From assembly GCA_050115425.1 (NCBI GenBank), contig JASFQN010000003.1:1-35012 (forward strand): a stretch of 35,012 bases of DNA. The letters are read 5' to 3'. A program made the position numbers and the translations under genes. The notes beneath the pieces were generated by a model, which did not search any database, was not told the origin of the DNA, and saw only the letters and a program-made list of their open reading frames with translations. Positions within the stretch are counted from its first letter, which is position 1. Every line of letters begins with the position of its first letter. Shown piece by piece: positions 26,544 through 34,710 of this stretch. The stretch is from Gammaproteobacteria bacterium (GTDB lineage Bacteria > Pseudomonadota > Gammaproteobacteria > Natronospirales > JASFQN01).

Positions 26544-28308
26544 CGCCCGAAGCCTCCTGCGTGACGGCTGTTCCGCCCGATTCCAGTGCGGTGTCCATTT
26601 CCCCGCGCAACGCGGCGAAGCGGTCCAGATGGTCTTCGCCGATCTCCTCGCCCATGCGCCGCAGGCGGCGCAAGAGCGGCAGTGATGCAATATCGGCAAC
26701 AGCCATCCCGCCGGCCAGCGCGGCCTCGGCACTGTCCATGAAATGCACGAGGGTGCGCATCATCTCGATCTGGCGATCCGGGGATGTATAGCAGTCCACT
26801 GGCGAAAATGCCGACTGCCGCAGGAAGGCCTCATTGAGCAAGTCAGCGAACAACAGTGTGAGTTGCTGGCGGGCCGGCAGGGCGTCGCGACCAACGATGC
26901 GCACCATGCGCTCCAGATGCGCCTGCTCTTCCAGCAGCGCCAGGAAACGATGCCGCTGTTCCTGCCGGTCCGCGTGGCCGTGGGCGCGCCACCAGCCTGC
27001 CAGGTCGGGGGCGTCCTCCGAATAGGCGCCCAGGGGATTGATCGCGGGATAGAAACGCGCGCGTGCCCGGTCACGGTCGAGCGGCCAGAAACAACGTACA
27101 TTGCGTTGGGTATGCAACGTGACCGGCTCGGAGAAATCACCGCCCGGCGGGCTCACGGCACCGATCAGCGTCACCGAGCCCTCTTCCCCGGACAGGGTCC
27201 GGACCCGCGCGGCCCGTTCATAGAATTCCGCCTTGCGTGTGCCGAGATAGGCCGGGTACCCGCCTTCCGCGGGCAACTCGCCCAGGCGACCGCCTATCTC
27301 GCGCAACGCTTCCGCCCAGCGACTGGTGGAATCCGCCATCAGCGCGACATGCAGCCCCTGGTCCCGGAAGTACTCGGCGACCGTGACGCCGGTATAGATG
27401 CTCGCCTCCCGGGCCGCCACCGGCATGTTGGAGGTATTGGCAATAATCACCGAGCGTTCGATCAGCGGCCGTCCGGTGCGTGGGTCCTCAAGGGACGGAA
27501 AGTCATGCAGGACTTCGGTCATCTCGTTGCCGCGCTCTCCACAGCCCACATAGACGATCACATCGGCGTCGCACCACTTGGCGATGCTCTGCTGGAGAAT
27601 GGTCTTGCCGGTGCCGAAGCCACCCGGCATGGCGGCACGACCGCCGCGCGCGACCGGAAACAGCGCATCGATGATTCGCTGGCCCGTCAGAAGCGGCGCA
27701 TCCGGCGGCAGACGCTCGGCGACCGGACGCGGCATGCGCACCGGCCAGCGCTGCCGCAGGCTGACAGCGGTCGGCTCGCCCTCGCCGGTGTCCACACGGC
27801 AAATCACTGCATCGGCGGCATAGCGCCCCGGCGGCACGATGTCCACGACCCGGCCGGCCAGACCTGGCGGCACCAGGCAAAGCTGGTCGCGTCCACCCTC
27901 ACCCGGGAGGATGCGCCCGAGCACTTCGCCGCCGGTCACGGCGCGGCCGGTTTCAAGCAGCGGCTCGCAATCGAACTCGGCCGCGCGTGAGGGCTGCATT
28001 CCCACCTGCACGTGGAGGTTCTCGGCAGACAGGGGCCGCAAGAGTCCGTCGAAGATGCCACCAAGCAGCCCGGGATCGAGCGGTACCGACAAGGCTCGGC
28101 CGGTGCCCGCAACCGGATCGCCGAATCGCAGGCCCGTGGTGTCTTCATAAACCTGGACGGTGATCGTCTTGCCCGCCACACGGAGAACTTCGCCAAGCAG
28201 GCGCTGCTCGCCTACGTGCACTTCCTCGCTGACGCGGAAAGACTGCTCGCTGATCGCGGTCAGCACGGGGCCACCGATCGAGGTGATGCTTGCGCGCGCG
28301 CCGCTCAT
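26533..28308 (-). CDS. ntpA: V/A-type ATPase catalytic subunit A
   Basis: QVYEDT, Walker A GGFGTGKT, GCGERGNEM, NTSNMPVAAREAS, DSTSRWAEALRE, SPPGGDFSEPVT. Confidence 0.97.
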   Translation of the reverse strand: MSGARASITSIGGPVLTAISEQSFRVSEEVHVGEQRLLGEVLRVAGKTITVQVYEDTTGLRFGDPVAGTGRALSVPLDPGLLGGIFDGLLRPLSAENLHVQVGMQPSRAAEFDCEPLLETGRAVTGGEVLGRILPGEGGRDQLCLVPPGLAGRVVDIVPPGRYAADAVICRVDTGEGEPTAVSLRQRWPVRMPRPVAERLPPDAPLLTGQRIIDALFPVARGGRAAMPGGFGTGKTILQQSIAKWCDADVIVYVGCGERGNEMTEVLHDFPSLEDPRTGRPLIERSVIIANTSNMPVAAREASIYTGVTVAEYFRDQGLHVALMADSTSRWAEALREIGGRLGELPAEGGYPAYLGTRKAEFYERAARVRTLSGEEGSVTLIGAVSPPGGDFSEPVTLHTQRNVRCFWPLDRDRARARFYPAINPLGAYSEDAPDLAGWWRAHGHADRQEQRHRFLALLEEQAHLERMVRIVGRDALPARQQLTLLFADLLNEAFLRQSAFSPVDCYTSPDRQIEMMRTLVHFMDSAEAALAGGMAVADIASLPLLRRLRRMGEEIGEDHLDRFAALRGEMDTALESGGTAVTQEASGDGD

Positions 28309-28973
28309 TGCGCTTCCCCTGCCGCGCGCTGCCCGGGCGCGGTGCGCAGGCGCTGCTCGATGCGCCCCAGCAGCAGGCCCTTGAGATGCTGCTCACGCCC
28401 CATGAGTGCCGCCACGCTCGCATCGAGGCAGGCCTTGCCTGCACGCAAGCGGTACCCGGCCTGCAAATCCGTCAACGCACGCATGGTCAGCGTGACATCC
28501 GGCCGCTGTTCGGCGACCGATTCAGGCACCGACCAGTGGTGCTCCGGCTGCGCGTCTTCGGGATGTTCCAATACCCAGTCGCCATCGGGGAGTCGGTCAA
28601 CAGCCAGGCGAAGCAGGCCATCGAGCCATTGGCGGCGCGCCGCCCCATCACGCCAGCGCCGTGCCAGTTCCTTGTCGAGTTGCTGCCAGGCGCGCTCCAG
28701 GTAGTTCAACTGCAATTCCTGCCGACGGTGACGCAGGGCGGCCTCGGCCGTGGCCCGCGCATGCGCCAGTTCCCGGGCTCGATGGGCGCGCTGCTCACGC
28801 ACTGTCTGTCGAATACGCGCATGCGCCCGGCGGCGCGCCTCGGCCAGCATGCGCGCGCGTTCTCCTTCGGCTTCCTCGAGCAGACCGGTGCGCCTTTCCC
28901 GCCGCACCCGCCCGATATGCTCAAGCAGTGCCTCAGTGGCATTATCGGCGACGGGTGCCTCGGGCCGGGTCAT
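28305..28973 (-). CDS. ntpE: V/A-type ATPase subunit E (peripheral stalk)
   Basis: Coiled-coil N-half with a C-terminal LQAGYRL..CLDAS motif. Positioned between F and A. Confidence 0.75.
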   Translation of the reverse strand: MTRPEAPVADNATEALLEHIGRVRRERRTGLLEEAEGERARMLAEARRRAHARIRQTVREQRAHRARELAHARATAEAALRHRRQELQLNYLERAWQQLDKELARRWRDGAARRQWLDGLLRLAVDRLPDGDWVLEHPEDAQPEHHWSVPESVAEQRPDVTLTMRALTDLQAGYRLRAGKACLDASVAALMGREQHLKGLLLGRIEQRLRTAPGQRAAGEAQ

Positions 28974-29269
28974 TGGGCCACTCCCAGATCCTGGCGAATG
29001 CGCCGCACCTCATCGGCGGCCCGCACGTCGCCGGCGAGTCCGGTCATCACCAGGATCGGTGGTCGCGCCGCCAGTTGGCGGCGATACAGAAAAGCCGGCG
29101 TCACCGCCTGCGCGCAATCCGCGCCAAGCAGGATGACGGAAGGCGGGTCAGCGAGGACTTCCCGAAGCACGGTCTCGGCAACGGCGGGGGCAGCTATCCG
29201 CACCGCAACGCCGGCGAGGCGGAATCCCGTGGCGGTCAACTCGTCACCGATGAACAGCGGACCGTCCAT
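28970..29269 (-). CDS. ntpF: V/A-type ATPase subunit F
   Basis: IGDELTATGFRLAGV and C-terminal IRQDLG; 99 aa. Confidence 0.9.
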   Translation of the reverse strand: MDGPLFIGDELTATGFRLAGVAVRIAAPAVAETVLREVLADPPSVILLGADCAQAVTPAFLYRRQLAARPPILVMTGLAGDVRAADEVRRIRQDLGVAQ

Positions 29270-29270
29270 G

Positions 29271-29627
29271 TCAGCCCAACCGGTCCAGGATGAGGATGGA
29301 CACGATCAAACCGTAGATGGCGATGCCTTCCGCCAGGCCAACCAGTACCAGGACGCGGCCGAGCAGTTCCGGACGCTCGGCCAACGCGCCCATGCCGGCG
29401 CTGCCGACCATCGCCACCGCATATCCCGCAGCCAGCGCGGATACCCCGGTGGACGCGGCGGCCGCCGCAAAACCCCATTTCATGACCACCGGATCGACAA
29501 CGGCCCCTGCCGCGGGCGCGGCGGCGAAAGCTTCGGGCAGCCATAGCACGACGCTGGCCAGCGCCACGAGCAGGCTTGTCGCAAGGATGGCGAAAAGCGT
29601 GATTTTCAGATGCTGTGCCGGTTGCAT
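29271..29627 (-). CDS. ntpK: V/A-type ATPase proteolipid subunit K/c
   Basis: Start MQPAQH at 29627 with GGAGGGAG RBS. Hairpin GALAERPELLG..GLAEGIAIYGL carries the ion-binding Glu. Confidence 0.93.
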   Translation of the reverse strand: MQPAQHLKITLFAILATSLLVALASVVLWLPEAFAAAPAAGAVVDPVVMKWGFAAAAASTGVSALAAGYAVAMVGSAGMGALAERPELLGRVLVLVGLAEGIAIYGLIVSILILDRLG

Positions 29628-29652
29628 GGAAGCTCCCTCCTCGACCGGTGGT

Positions 29653-31479
29653 TCAATGGGCAAACGGCGGAGGTGACGGCTGGAACGGACGCCCCTCCGC
29701 ACGCAGGAATCGGATGAAGAATTCGAACAGGATCAAACGCGTGGTCTGGACGAAGACCACCAGACCTTCCAGGAACAGGACACCCAGGTTGCCGACAATC
29801 AGCACCAGGAGCATGCCTGCGGGATGCTCTATCGAGCGCGCCAGGCTGACCACGGCGAGTGAGAGCCCCGCATGGGCCAGCGCGAATGCGCCCACACGAA
29901 TGAAGGAAAGCGTGTTGACGGCCAGTTGCAGAAGCCGTTCGAGTATTTCGCCCATGCTTCCCAGCACCACGGCGATTCCGTGGTGCCGGTGTTCCCAGGC
30001 GCAACCGCCCAGGTACCACAAAAGCCCGGCCGCCACGGTCCAGAGACCCGGGACCAGCCGCCATACCGCCAGCATCCCACCTGCGTAGAGCGTTACCAGG
30101 CCAGCTTCGATCCGCCACCACGTGCCGCCCTGCCCGCCCCAGCGCGCCGCCAGTCCGTTGAGCAGCAAGCCAAACAGGATCAGGACCGCACCGCCGGCGA
30201 TGGGTACGAACAGTACCGGCAGGGGCTGCGTGACCGGATGGACCCACAGCGCGGGAATGATGTCTTCGAGGCAGAAGACACTGCCGAAGAGCACGCCGAA
30301 CAGAATGGCCATGAGGCCGCCCGGAATGAGCATGCCCAGCGCCGGCCAGCGGCGCCAGAGAAACAGGCCGGCGACAAGCAGCACCGCGCCCTGACCAACG
30401 TCGCCGAACATGTAACCAAACAGCAAGGGGCCGATCACGGCCAGGAGCCGGCTGGGATCGGCCTCATTGCCCCCTGGCGTGCCCATCAGACGCACGAACA
30501 GCTCGAAAGGCCGCGCCCAGGGCGGATTGTCGCTCAGTGTGGGCGGCACCCGGTCCGCCGGCGGCGCGGGAAAGCCGACCACCGCGGGAATGCCCGCTGC
30601 CTTGAGGGTACCCAGCAGGCGCCTGCCGGACGGATCCGAAGTCCAGCCATCCAGGCGCGCCAGGTAGTCACTGACCGCCGCGCCTTCGAGATGCTCGAGA
30701 CGCCATTGCAGCCGTCGCACCCGGCCAAGTGCCTCGGCAATGCCGAAGCGTTCGCCCAATTCCACCAGCGCCGCGTCGATTTCCGCCAACCTTCGAGCCG
30801 CCGACTCGCGGCGCTCCTCGACCGCACGCAGCGCCTGCAGAGGCGGGCCCGCCAGCCATTCGGGCAGCGCGATTCGGCGCGATCCGTGGCCGCCGGCCCC
30901 CTGGCCGAATTCCGCTACTGCCGTGTCGCGCCCGAGGACCAGCAGCCAGGTGTGCTCGGCGGTATCCACCCGCCGACGGATCACTGCGTCCGCGGGCATG
31001 GGCACATGCGCCTCCGCCGGCAGCATGAACAGCGCCGCCGCCAGTGGCGGACGGGTTCGCACAACGCGTCCGAAATCCGGCTCGGGCGAATCACCCAATG
31101 CTTCGAGAAAGCGTGCCAGTGGCGCCAGTTCCTCACGTCGCATTTCGAGCGCGGCGGCTTCTTCGATCAGAGGTGCGGCCTCGCGCTCCCAGTCCCGCAG
31201 CGGCTGGAGGACTTCGACCAGCGCTTCGTCCAGGGCCTTCCCCTCATCGGACGGCGCCACTTCGCGTGGACGGGGCCAGGCATTTCCGCAGCGCTCACGG
31301 ATTTCGGCGAATTCGTCGAGTCCGTTGCGAATCGCACTCAGATCCAGGGCCCGCTCCACCGCGCTGCCAGGCTCAAGTTCCACGAGCCCGGTATCGGCCA
31401 GCAGTTCCGCCGCGCGTCCGGCCTTGGGCGCGGGAACCAGCACCTCGAACCAGCGCGCGCTGCGGGTACGCAGGGCCAT
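29653..31479 (-). CDS. ntpI: V/A-type ATPase subunit I/a
   Basis: Start MALRTRSARWF overlaps the subunit C stop. PPTL..PFE..EADP, FGYMFGDVGQG, NTLSFIRVGAFALAH (essential Arg), RLILFEFF. Confidence 0.94.
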   Translation of the reverse strand: MALRTRSARWFEVLVPAPKAGRAAELLADTGLVELEPGSAVERALDLSAIRNGLDEFAEIRERCGNAWPRPREVAPSDEGKALDEALVEVLQPLRDWEREAAPLIEEAAALEMRREELAPLARFLEALGDSPEPDFGRVVRTRPPLAAALFMLPAEAHVPMPADAVIRRRVDTAEHTWLLVLGRDTAVAEFGQGAGGHGSRRIALPEWLAGPPLQALRAVEERRESAARRLAEIDAALVELGERFGIAEALGRVRRLQWRLEHLEGAAVSDYLARLDGWTSDPSGRRLLGTLKAAGIPAVVGFPAPPADRVPPTLSDNPPWARPFELFVRLMGTPGGNEADPSRLLAVIGPLLFGYMFGDVGQGAVLLVAGLFLWRRWPALGMLIPGGLMAILFGVLFGSVFCLEDIIPALWVHPVTQPLPVLFVPIAGGAVLILFGLLLNGLAARWGGQGGTWWRIEAGLVTLYAGGMLAVWRLVPGLWTVAAGLLWYLGGCAWEHRHHGIAVVLGSMGEILERLLQLAVNTLSFIRVGAFALAHAGLSLAVVSLARSIEHPAGMLLVLIVGNLGVLFLEGLVVFVQTTRLILFEFFIRFLRAEGRPFQPSPPPFAH

Positions 31480-32201
31480 CACACGTCCCCACTCCGACCC
31501 GGCAGCAGACGGCGTTGCACCAGCAGCCCGCGCAAGTGTGCGTGGTCCAGCCAGGCGAGGCCGATGAAGGCAATCACCGCTGCCGGCCCGGGTGCCTGAC
31601 GACGGAAGACATGTCCCCACCGCGCGGCCAGCACAAGCTCTGGCTCGTCACCGGCGACTGCGCCGGCGCCGGCGCCGAGCCGGCGATATTGGGCAAGCGC
31701 GTGCTGTTCGAGCAAGGTGAGTTGAGCGTGCCAGCGATTTGGCATCGCCGGCCATTGCGCATGCCAGCGACGACGCCAGGCCTCGACCACGGCTGCGCCG
31801 CGCAGGTCACGGGCCAGCCAGGACGGCGGCTTTTCGCTTCCCGCCGCATCGGTGAGCCATGCCGGCGCGGTCGCATCGGCTGCCAGCGCCTGCAGTGCGG
31901 GCAGTTCGGGGAGGCGGGCCAGCCAGGTCACCGCAGGGCGCCACTCGCGGGGCAGCCAGCGGGCAATCTCGGTGATCAGTTGGCGGAAATGTTCCCGGAC
32001 CAGCGACTCCACAGTGTGGGCATCGTCACGCCCCGACAGCCGCCCCGCCAACCGGCCGAATGCGGTATCCCGCAATGACTGGATGAGCGCGGCAAGGGAA
32101 TCCGTCGCGGCCAGGCGCTCCCAGGCAGAGCCGGGCCTCTGGCTGTAGCGTGCCTGCAGGCGGGCCTGGGCGTAGGCGAAACCGGCCAGCGGCGTGTTCA
32201 C
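31479..32201 (-). CDS. ntpC: V/A-type ATPase subunit C/d (short, divergent)
   Basis: FAYAQARLQAR N-terminal motif and LRDTAF. Lies directly upstream of subunit I. Confidence 0.7.
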   Translation of the reverse strand: MNTPLAGFAYAQARLQARYSQRPGSAWERLAATDSLAALIQSLRDTAFGRLAGRLSGRDDAHTVESLVREHFRQLITEIARWLPREWRPAVTWLARLPELPALQALAADATAPAWLTDAAGSEKPPSWLARDLRGAAVVEAWRRRWHAQWPAMPNRWHAQLTLLEQHALAQYRRLGAGAGAVAGDEPELVLAARWGHVFRRQAPGPAAVIAFIGLAWLDHAHLRGLLVQRRLLPGRSGDV

Positions 32202-32551
32202 GGCCGGCCGTCCCGGGTACCACCGGTCAGGACAAGCGCCAGATCCGCGGCGGCCGTCGAGGCCGCTTCCTCATCGAAAGGCACATCCTGAAGGGATCGA
32301 AGACGCTGCTCGCCTGTGCGCAGAATAGCTTCCACCTGCCGGGCCGTCTGTCGCCGAGCTCCTTCCTCGACGCGCGCGGCGCGCGCCTCGCCCCGGGCGA
32401 GCATCCCGTGGACTTCGCTACGGGCCCTGGCAACCAGATCGCGCGCCTCTTCCATGGCAGCCGCAACATCAGCCTCGGCGGCAGCCTCCGCCTCGAGGAT
32501 GCGGACGATGGCTTCGCTGGCTTCGAATCCTCCGGTGTCCGCGCCACGCAT
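32198..32551 (-). CDS. V/A-type ATPase subunit G/H-like peripheral stalk protein
   Basis: Start MRGADTGG at 32551 with GGGAGGG RBS. Ala/Glu/Arg coiled coil (RILEAEAAAEADV..EEAR). First gene of the operon. Confidence 0.7.
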   Translation of the reverse strand: MRGADTGGFEASEAIVRILEAEAAAEADVAAAMEEARDLVARARSEVHGMLARGEARAARVEEGARRQTARQVEAILRTGEQRLRSLQDVPFDEEAASTAAADLALVLTGGTRDGRP

Positions 32552-32582
32552 GCTGACCCTCCCTGGGTATGGGCCTCTGCCG

Positions 32583-32623
32583 AGCGTAACGGACACCGCA
32601 AGGGGCCCGTTGACTTGCATCAA
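32583..32623 (-). promoter_or_regulatory. FNR-type box and -10 upstream of the V-ATPase operon
   Basis: TTGAC-TTGC-ATCAA at 32610-32623 (one mismatch to consensus). A -10-like TACGCT on the minus strand at 32588-32583 starts about 29 nt from the box centre. Confidence 0.75.
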
Positions 32624-32720
32624 GCGCGCGTGTGTTCTCATCCGGTCACCGGGGAACGGGACGCATGCAATACGATCCGATACCATGCAACGATCAGCTC
32701 CCAGCACAAGAAGAGCCCGT

Positions 32721-33893
32721 ATGCGACTGTCTCCGGCCCTGCCCCGAACCGTTATCGTTCTCGGCTTCGCCTCGCTGCTCAACGACGCCGCAAGCGAAAT
32801 GATCGCGCCGTTGCTGCCGATCTTCCTCACGGTCACGCTCGGAGCCGGACCGGCCGCGGTGGGCCTCATGGAAGGTCTGGCGGACGCCGCGGCGGCACTG
32901 CTCAAGCTGTATTCGGGACGTCTTGCCGACCGGGGCGTGTCACGGAAGGGCCTGATACTGAGCGGCTACGGATCGGCCAACCTGGCCCGTCCCCTGATAG
33001 GTCTCGCCGGCAACTGGCCGCTCGTCCTGGGCCTGCGTTTCCTCGACCGCGTGGGCAAGGGCCTTCGCACTTCGCCACGGGACGCGGTCATCGCCGATGC
33101 GGTGGAAACGGGTCATCGTGGCCGGGCATTCGGTTTTCACCGCGGCATGGACCATGCCGGGGCGATGATCGGCCCCCTGGCCGCCTTCGCCCTGCTACAG
33201 ACACAGGTTCCCATGACTCATGTGTTCTACCTGTCCGCCGTGCCGGGGGTTGCCGTTCTGCTGCTGCTGGCCTTCGGCCTGCGCGGTGAACAGCCGCAAA
33301 CCGTCCCGGCTGCCGCGGAACAGCATGTGACCTGGCGCCACCTGGACACGCGCCTGCAGGCACTGCTGGTCGGCTCCGCCGCCCTGGCGCTGGCTTCGGT
33401 CCCGGAAGTCTTCCTGGTGCTCTGGGCACAACACCGCGGTCTCGCGATCGCCTGGGTACCCTTGATCTGGGCGGCCGCTCATGCCGTGAAAAGCGTGGTG
33501 GCGATCCCCGCCGGCGCAGTGGCGGACGGAATCGGTCGCCTGCCCGTTGTCGTCGCCGGTTGGAGTCTGCGAGTCGTACTGTTGCTCATCCTGCCACTCG
33601 CCAACGGCACCACGCTGGCAATCTGGGGCCTGTTTCTGATCTATGCGGGAGCGCTGGCGCTGACTGAGGCGGCCGAGCGGGCGCTGATCGGCGACGTTGC
33701 CGATCCGTCGCACAAGGCGACCGCTTTCGGGATCTATCACATGCTCACCGCCGCCTTCGTTCTTCCCGGTGCGTTACTCTTCGGCAGCCTCTGGCAGTGG
33801 ACCGGGGAACGGGCGGCCTTCTGGACCGCCGCGCTGCTGACCGCTGTCTCGGCGACGGTCCTGCTGACACTGTATCGCCGGGCGCGGCGCTGA
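32721..33893 (+). CDS. MFS transporter
   Basis: Start MRLSPALP at 32721. SLLNDAASEMI, GRLADRG, RFLDRVGKGLRTSPRDA, RAFGFHRGMDHAGA, about 12 TM segments. Confidence 0.9.
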   Translation: MRLSPALPRTVIVLGFASLLNDAASEMIAPLLPIFLTVTLGAGPAAVGLMEGLADAAAALLKLYSGRLADRGVSRKGLILSGYGSANLARPLIGLAGNWPLVLGLRFLDRVGKGLRTSPRDAVIADAVETGHRGRAFGFHRGMDHAGAMIGPLAAFALLQTQVPMTHVFYLSAVPGVAVLLLLAFGLRGEQPQTVPAAAEQHVTWRHLDTRLQALLVGSAALALASVPEVFLVLWAQHRGLAIAWVPLIWAAAHAVKSVVAIPAGAVADGIGRLPVVVAGWSLRVVLLLILPLANGTTLAIWGLFLIYAGALALTEAAERALIGDVADPSHKATAFGIYHMLTAAFVLPGALLFGSLWQWTGERAAFWTAALLTAVSATVLLTLYRRARR

Positions 33894-33958
33894 GCCGCGC
33901 ATCGACAACCTGCTAGACTGGATGCATGATCCAGCCCCGGGGGATACGAGGGAAGACT

Positions 33959-34573
33959 ATGAAATATCTGAAGATTTCTGTCGCCGTAGTGATCATTTTC
34001 GTGGTCCTCGCCACCGGCACCATTCTTTCCGGCATCTATAACGTGGCCGCCACCGAGCCACACTCCCTGGTGACCGGCTGGCTGCTCGAAGCCATACGAG
34101 AGAACTCCGTGCGCCATCACGCGGACGGCATCCGGGTGCCCGATCTGAAGAACGCCGACATGGTCCGTGAAGGCGCCGAGCACTACCGGGAAATGTGTGT
34201 GGGCTGTCATCTCGCGCCCGGACTCAAGAACACCGAAATCCGCCAGGGCCTGAATCCCGAACCGCCCGATCTGACCCGGGGCACCGGTGAACTCACGCCA
34301 GCCGAGACCTATTGGGTCGTCAAACACGGGATCCGCATGACCGGCATGCCGGCCTGGGGAGTGACCCATTCAGATGACAAGATCTGGGCGATCGTGGCGT
34401 TTCTCCAGCGGCTTCCGGATCTGTCGGCCGTCGAGTTCAAACAACTCTCGGGCGAAGAAAGACCCGCCAGCGAAGAAACCGCGCCGGGCGAGATGCATGA
34501 ACACCCTGATGAGCACGGCCATGCTACGGAGCACGACGAGCAAGAAGAGAATCCCCCGGGGTCGTATCGGTAA
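33959..34573 (+). CDS. Membrane-anchored monoheme cytochrome c with His/acidic C-terminal tail
   Basis: N-terminal TM, YNVAATEPH, CVGCH, GIRMTGMPAWG, tail HEHPDEHGHATEHDE. Start at 33959 with GAGGG RBS. Confidence 0.85.
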   Translation: MKYLKISVAVVIIFVVLATGTILSGIYNVAATEPHSLVTGWLLEAIRENSVRHHADGIRVPDLKNADMVREGAEHYREMCVGCHLAPGLKNTEIRQGLNPEPPDLTRGTGELTPAETYWVVKHGIRMTGMPAWGVTHSDDKIWAIVAFLQRLPDLSAVEFKQLSGEERPASEETAPGEMHEHPDEHGHATEHDEQEENPPGSYR

Positions 34574-34674
34574 AGGCGTTTTATTGACGAATCACTTTTA
34601 ACAAGTCTTTTAAGTTATTGTTTCATTTGTTTTTACAGGCCCATTTACCGACATATTGAGGACGAGGAGACCGC

Positions 34675-34703
34675 TTGCCGCCATACCCTACCGGGGGTAT
34701 CCT
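34675..34703 (+). promoter_or_regulatory. Sigma70-type promoter with overlapping CsoR/RcnR-type operator
   Basis: -35 TTGCCG (34675-34680), 17-nt spacer, -10 TATCCT (34698-34703). Pseudo-palindrome ATACCC-TACCGG-GGGTAT at 34683-34700. Confidence 0.75.
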
Positions 34704-34710
34704 TACCCCC

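Noticed and set aside
26533-28308. Subunit A as a decaying pseudogene (odd residues LDPG, TRKAEF)
   Set aside because: The frame is intact and Walker A, GERGNE and the other catalytic motifs are preserved. Isolated substitutions cannot be judged without an alignment.
24173-31599. Several 400-575 aa + strand ORFs
   Set aside because: Antisense to well-supported V-ATPase genes, with no recognisable domains.
32316-32905. Long N-terminal extensions of the MFS and subunit G ORFs (likewise for isp1, hupH, hupD, hypD, hypX, ntpB, ntpI, ntpK)
   Set aside because: ORF-caller longest-start artefacts. Downstream ATGs have an RBS or stop-start coupling and match family N-termini.
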